DNA of 64,000 nucleotides, taken from positions 62,001 through 126,000 of the forward strand of contig MNCI01000751.1 of the NCBI GenBank assembly GCA_015680685.1, in the 5' to 3' direction. The translations under genes were made by a program, and so were the position numbers. This DNA comes from Gnetum montanum (lineage: Eukaryota > Plantae > Gnetophyta). Below the pieces are notes generated by a model. It was given only the letters and a program-made list of their open reading frames with translations, was not told the origin of the DNA and made no database searches. Shown in pieces: positions 57,716 through 64,000 of the stretch; position 1 is the stretch's first letter, and each line of letters starts with the position of its first letter.

Positions 57716-59781
57716 TAAGATTGAAGGAATTCTCCTCCTGCTAGAAGGCAATCTTGCTGCTGCAGGGAGGTGATTGTAGAAGGCTGAAGGTGTGTTTGTG
57801 GTGCAGGAAGATTACTTCTGATGCAGGCTGAAGACAGGCTCCTGGTGCAGCTACTGTGAGGAACCTAGATAGCAGGAGGACAGGTCCAGGATTTGCAAAG
57901 CTCAGGTACACATCAGTCTTGGGCTACTGGATGCCTCTTAGAGTCCGCCACAGATCCACCACTCTGTGGCGGGCTAGAGGCGATGAACCACCCTAATATG
58001 AAGATAGAAATCAGGGGGAATACAGTCCATGTTACACTACAAGATAAGATTTGTCACCAAGTTAAGAGCAAGTTTCAGCATAGCCTCTCAGGAATGTTTG
58101 TTTCTTCAGGCATAAGGCCTAGGCTAGACCAGATTTGTGAATGGATTGCAGTAAAATGGAAGGATTCTATCGCCCAGGTCACTGCACTACATGGTAGACT
58201 TCTGTGCTTCAACTTCACCTCCCCTGAGGCAAGGGACAAGGTACTTGCTGAGGCTCCTTGGTTCTTTAGCACACATGGGCTTGCTCTTGCAAAGTGGCAT
58301 CCAAGGGTGCAATCTCACCCAAATCTCTTTCAAAGAATCCGTATTTGGGTCCACATCCTGAACTATCCAATGGACTGCTAAGAAAACATCCTGCTTGAAC
58401 AGGTCGCTAGGGGCTTCGGGGATTTGATTAAACTTGATAATGTCACAACTAACATGTTAAGGATGGTTCTTGCCATATTTTGTCTGGATGCTATTGCAAA
58501 AGGCATATGAAGTCAACTAAATAAAGTTCCAAATCATATGGGGCTCCCTGACCCTTAAAGTGGAATATGAAAATCTTCCTTCCAAGTGCAAGGCTTGCGG
58601 GAAGATTAGACATAAAGATGAGGCCTGTAGTCATGGCCCAAGGGTTTGCTCTTACTGTGAGAAACACAGCCATATGCTGGCTAAATGAAGAACCAGCCAG
58701 GCACATATCTAGCAGACACAGCCAAAGGCTTTGGCTAAGCAAAATGGCTCTTCTTCAATCGCATGCTCCCTTTGCGGGAAACCAATCCACACAGTGGAGG
58801 TCTACCACACAAAAATAAAACCCCAATCTGGCAAGAATGCTAACTTAGGGAGAGGCCAAGACCCAATCTCAAACCCCACAATTCCTTAGCTAGGTTTCCA
58901 AAAACCAAGATTCCCAAGCCATCCAGCCAAGTGGCTCAGCTAACAAAGCCTAGCCAAAAAAAAGTATGTGGAGGATAGTCATCAACTGCAAGCCGACCAA
59001 CAGCAGGTTGTTAAACTAGCTCAGTGCATGTCTGCTAAGGACCATGTGCTTTCCTTCCCTCGGCTGCATGAAATAAATGGTTCCCCTTGGTTGCAGGATT
59101 AACCTGCCTCCCCAGACAGATTCAAATTGCCACTTTTCCCATGTGATATTCTTGCCCCTAAGAAGAGAGGGAGACCCCCAAAGACCGAACTAAATACAAT
59201 AGAACAAGCTGAGACAGAACCTCAAATGGAAGCTACCCAGCTACAAAGGTCATCTCGAACCAACATTTCTTCTACAACTTGATCTGCTTTTTACCTCCCC
59301 TCTTCTTTTGGAGTGGGGAGGGGGCAGTGGTGGCTGCAAGGGGTGATTTCCTTTGTGGCTAATTTGCATTTTAGCAATGTGGACGTTGGTCGTCGGGTCT
59401 TGGCTCTCTAACAACTAGCAGTTGGTGCCGATGGTTCATTGGGGCAATTAGTTTCATTCGTTGTACATTTTTATTTTTGGCTAAGTAATCTCTTTGTGGG
59501 ATCCGCCTTTCTCTGCGCATTGTCCTTCTCTGGTAGACATCAGAGAATTTAATCTTTCTGATCAGACTTCTCATCACTCTTTTCTGGAGGGGTACGTGTT
59601 GAAATTAAATTTGTCAAGTGGTAGGTGTGCCCTATTATGCCTAGTTTTGCAGCTGCTATTCTGATACGCTGTGTTCTGATGGTGACTACCCTTTTTTGGC
59701 CTATCCATGACTTTACCCTGTCGTGATTTCGGAGGCAGTTTTGCCTTCATTTAATAAAACTTTTAGAAAACTTTCCTCAAG
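57716..59781 (+). mobile_element. ORF1-only L1-derived element (half-L1-like) with TSD
   Basis: DUF4283-like ORF1 (PWFFSTHGLALAKWHP, IWVHILNYP), three CCHC knuckles, KKRGRPPK, stop near 59282, 3' UTR; TSD aaaaa..tctacccaa.gt.t at 57695-57715 and 59782-59802. Confidence 0.8.
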
Positions 59782-59869
59782 AAAAAGGTCTACCCAAAGT
59801 ATCTCCCGTAGGTGAATTGGTTTTATAAGAATAAGCTTAAAGAATAAGCGAAAGCTTGGTGGATGCAGA

Positions 59870-61985
59870 ACATGTTTATTTTAGTAAGACAATATCCTGC
59901 CTCTATCCCCTTGGCTCGGTAGCACTCTTTATTATTTAGAAAGGATAAGGTTTCTGATTGTATGATGGGACCCTCCTTAAATTATGGTTGTAGTGACTGC
60001 TGGTTTGGTGAAAGTTATACCTGAAATTGGACAGCTAGAAAAATCAAACCTAACTGATGTCTAGCTGAAAGCAATCAATATGACAGTTACAATACAAAGG
60101 TAACAAATTTTGTATAATGAATGCCTAGCTGAAAGCATATGGGATGGAAAGAATTTCAGATTCTTGCTTCTTCATTCTTTTGCTGTCCAACAATTTCCTA
60201 GCTCCATTGTGTGTGCACGTGACGGTTGTCAGTTGAACGATGCCAGTCTTTTTGTCTTTTCATGAGTATATGAGGTTTATTAAAGAGAGACTTGATATGA
60301 GGTGTACTAAAGAGAGAGACTTGAGGCCATGTGACGTGTGCGTGACCCCTATAAGTTGTAATGAAAGTTTTTTTTTTTCAACGCAATAAGAAGGTACTTG
60401 GATCCATTTTGAATTATCATTCAATACCAAAAGCCGACAGCAAAAAACAGAATGTTGTTTCTATCTTACAATTTTCACTCTCTGCTTTCTTGTGACTGAA
60501 CTACAGCTATCATGCTTACTGCCTACTGTTATATAGCATTCTACTAGCAAAGTGTTACTATCTGTTTTCTGTTAAGAAAATCCCAGAATAATTATCTTAC
60601 CAGTCAAGACTCCATTGTTGGTTGGCTGTTAAAGTCAGAATTTTATACCCTTTTTAACACCAGCAGGCAATTTAGTGATGCAATGTATAAGCCTCTCTTC
60701 TAGTGAGAATTTTGCAACTGCATTTTTTTGACACCATGTTTTGCTATCCGTTGACACTTGACAGACATTAGATTCTATTGTTGTGCTTATAAAGATCCTA
60801 CTTCTTAAAAGCTATGTTAGCCCTCAATTGTATTTTTGTTTTGTCTTCTTCTTCTTTTTTCTTTTTTCTTTTGGATTTTATTTTCTTCTTTTTTCCTTTC
60901 TTGGTTGCTCAATTGTGGGCAATCTTCTATGCAGTACCTATGACTGACTGTATTTCCCAATCTTATAATGAATGCTTGTTATGCATTTAAGTTATTGATG
61001 CAGTTGCTAAAATGGATAGCAATCTCGACATTATTACTGTAACAACCTGTTTTTTCTTAGGTTCATATCTTGATGTTTGGAATAGCAATTGTAAGTATAC
61101 TTGCTATGATTATGCATATAGTTTGGTTTTGATTTGTCAGGTTACCTATGATTTTATAATTATGATGGGACTTGAGTGGTGTTAACTATGCACTTGTGAT
61201 TTATGTGCTTTGAGACTGATTTGTAAATTTGTCTATGATTTAGTAATGGGGATGGATTTGAGTAGTGTTGATGTGCTCATGTTTATGATTTGTGTGATTT
61301 GTTCCTGATTTATGCATCTATCTATGATTTGATGATGGTGATAGAATAAAGTGTTGTTGATGTGCTTCTGTTGATAAGTTTAAGTGCTATTAATGTGCTT
61401 GTGTTGATGGATTTAACTATTGTTGATGAGCTTGATGATTTGTATAATTTGATGTTGAATTGTTGATCTATCTATGATTGTATAATTGTGATGGATTTGA
61501 GGATTGTTAATATGTTAATAACCTATATGTTGAGTGACAGCTCTAGTATGCATTGGTTGAATGATGTATTGGTAACTGGTTGAATGACTTATGATGCTTT
61601 GTTGAGATTAAATCTAAGTTCTGTTGATCTGTTGATGAGTACTACTATGGATGCATTAACTAAGTATACAATGGTTGCTGATTTAGTATCTATTAATAGA
61701 ATGAAATACAGGAATGTTGAGAAAAGATGGGGCAGGAATGTTGTATTGTTTGCTACTATGATTTGAATTTTCATGTGTTGCATGATTTATGTGGATCATA
61801 ATGATTTCTTTAAATGGTTAGAATGGTCTCTGTAAACTCTGCATATGCGTATAGCAATGTGGGTATCTCATGCACATGCTTGTTGTATGTTCATATAAGT
61901 GGGCCATCCATTATCTCCAGGTGTTTCTGTGCAAATCCCAAGTATTGAGCAATTAGATTTGGAAAGACAGAAAAAGGTGATAACA
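59870..61985 (+). repeat. TG/ATG-rich degenerate LTR-like sequence
   Basis: Many atgatt/tgat short repeats; ends ggtgataaca like an LTR terminus; no paired LTR found. Confidence 0.35.
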
Positions 61986-63549
61986 GGTATGATTCATTGC
62001 TATTTTGTGATTTTATAGTATGTAAAGGAAATAAAAGGAAGAGGAACCTGACCTATGAATCAGGGATAATTGCATTACTTTCTTAAAAGATCTTTTGGAG
62101 AAATAAATTAATTAAATCAAAAATAAAATCCCTTCTCTCAATAGCTGTAGAAAGGTCATATGATAGCCTTTCAATGCTTATAAGACAACGCAACGCTAGT
62201 TGCAACACCGAGTGCTTGAAGGAGAAGGAATTTCCTTGGTTTGATATTTTGATTTTATGTTTTCCTCTTGCTCATGGAACTCTCATCCATTCTATTCTAT
62301 GGCTTTATTTTATGAGTGGTGGAATAAGCGTTAAAGTGAGTTTGCTTTAAATCTAGAGAGATTAGAAATGTATATTTTATCATCCTGGAAGGAATTGAAC
62401 CAAAGTCCTCTTGGTTGGAAGGGATAGGTATTCTCTCTCTCTCTCTTTTTTAAGGGTGGCTTTAGGCAAGTTTGAACCTAAGACCTGATTTTAGATATGA
62501 TTAAAAAAAATGCAACAGCTTTAAAAAAAGAAGGAACTTCCATAAAGATTCAGTTACATTAAAGAAACTAAAATTGAAACCAAAATTGAAACCGGAGTGA
62601 ATAAAAGAGACTAGGCAAAGGGAAAAAGAGGAGAGAAGAAAAAAGAAGGATTGCAGCAACAACAACACCACTAGGAGCACATCTTCAGCAATACACAAGT
62701 AAGCTAAAATAATAATAATATCAATAGCAGCAGAGAAAAAAAAAAGATTGCATGGCTACAACAATGAGGAAGTAGCACTTGATGCCTAGGGGAAAAGGGA
62801 TCATTCAAAGACGTTTCAAAGACTGAACAAGGTGGATGCACAGTTCCTCCCTTGTTCCACTTGTAGCTAAAGTATGATTTTATTTTTAGAATTCTTTTAC
62901 TATCTTGAATGCTTACTGAATCTAATTTTTATTTCTAACATTTTGAATTGTTAACTCCTTGTTTTTGTGTATCTGTCCACATATCCTTGCACTCTCAGGC
63001 CTAAATGATTTGGATAAGAGTTGTTTCTAGATAAACGTGAGAACACTTATAAAGATTTGGGGCAACTTGGCCTAAAGATTTGCCAACAGGGGCCTAGGAT
63101 CCTTGACATAAGAATTGGAATTGCCAACAGAAAGTAAGAGCATCCCGGCCCATCTTGATTTTGGAAACCTTAAAAGTGAATTCCTAGTATTGGCATTCTA
63201 ATGAGTTTTCAGGTTTGGCCTTGAATTTCCTTTCATGGAACTGATCTTGAATTTTTTGTTTCGTGATTCACCAACTTGTGGAATTTTTAAACCTATACTA
63301 AGAGCTTCTCAGTTCTGATTTAGATATCTTTCTATAATTTATTGAGAAGATGGGCTAATAAACAAAAATCTAATTTAAATGTTTTCTTCTGGCAACAGAT
63401 TTTTATGATATGATTTTGATGATTTATTGGCTGTAGATTCTTGGAAACTAGATGATTGTAATCTGAGAAATCTCCCATGTCTTTTCGGTTAAAACGGTAC
63501 AACTATTGTGTTGTACAAAATGTCTTATAAGAATAGGTTCATTTACCTT

Positions 63550-64000
63550 TTTATTTTCCCCAAAAAGAGTGCGGGTCATTAAATTAATCGCAAAAGAAAT
63601 TTACAAGAGTACTGTACAATCACAAAATGAGGGGAGACTGCTCCCATCCGCTCCCCTAATACCCCCAAAACAAGAAAACCATCCACAGCCCTCAGCCTTT
63701 TCCACGACAAAAATGCCCCCAACCCCTCAGATACACCTAATCAGTTGAAAATTGGATCTTGATCCAAGAGATTGCCAAGACATACCCACTGACATCAAAA
63801 CCAAATAAAGAAAAAACAATACCCAAAAAGGACACAGCACCTTAGGCCCACAGCCTATATATGGCAGGGAAGGCCCATGCAACAACAAATGGCCCACTCT
63901 TGGCAGTGGATAGAGCAGAGTGCAGCCCAATGACTCTCAATATCCACAAAAGCAGCGACTTGTTGAAATTTCTTAAATGCCTCTAGTTTCCTCACGGACT
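63550..64000 (-). mobile_element. Probable LINE 3' UTR running off the window
   Basis: Composition (A/C-rich on plus strand) and terminus resemble the 3' ends of the other LINEs. Confidence 0.4.

Noticed and set aside
62380-62490. tRNA gene (two minus-strand B-box-like GGTTCAA motifs)
   Set aside because: No cloverleaf can be built; at most degenerate SINE remnants.

Overview
Eukaryotic (land-plant) nuclear DNA. The whole window lies inside one large minus-strand gene, PIR/SRA1/KLUNKER (CYFIP family, WAVE/SCAR complex). Thirteen consecutive internal exons (57021 down to 7274) splice into 610 uninterrupted codons, and the first and last exons are outside the window. One intron is a minor-spliceosome (U12) intron with unusual AT-AA ends. 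The large introns (up to 13.8 kb) are packed with decayed retroelements: about ten L1-clade LINE copies or fragments, two Ty1/Copia elements, solo-LTR-like pieces, a tRNA-derived SINE pair and an RTE 3' end, several of them nested. The most unusual signal is in the LINEs. Downstream of the normal EN-RT-zf-RVT ORF2, and apparently in frame with it, they carry a long extension made of a plant-transposon-like domain, a coiled coil and a DnaJ-type J-domain. The J-domain is seen in seven independent copies, one with an intact HPD. A sister subfamily has the extension without the J-domain. A TSD-bounded ORF1-only ('half-L1') element is also present. All protein assignments come from my own translation and recall of families; no database search was run.
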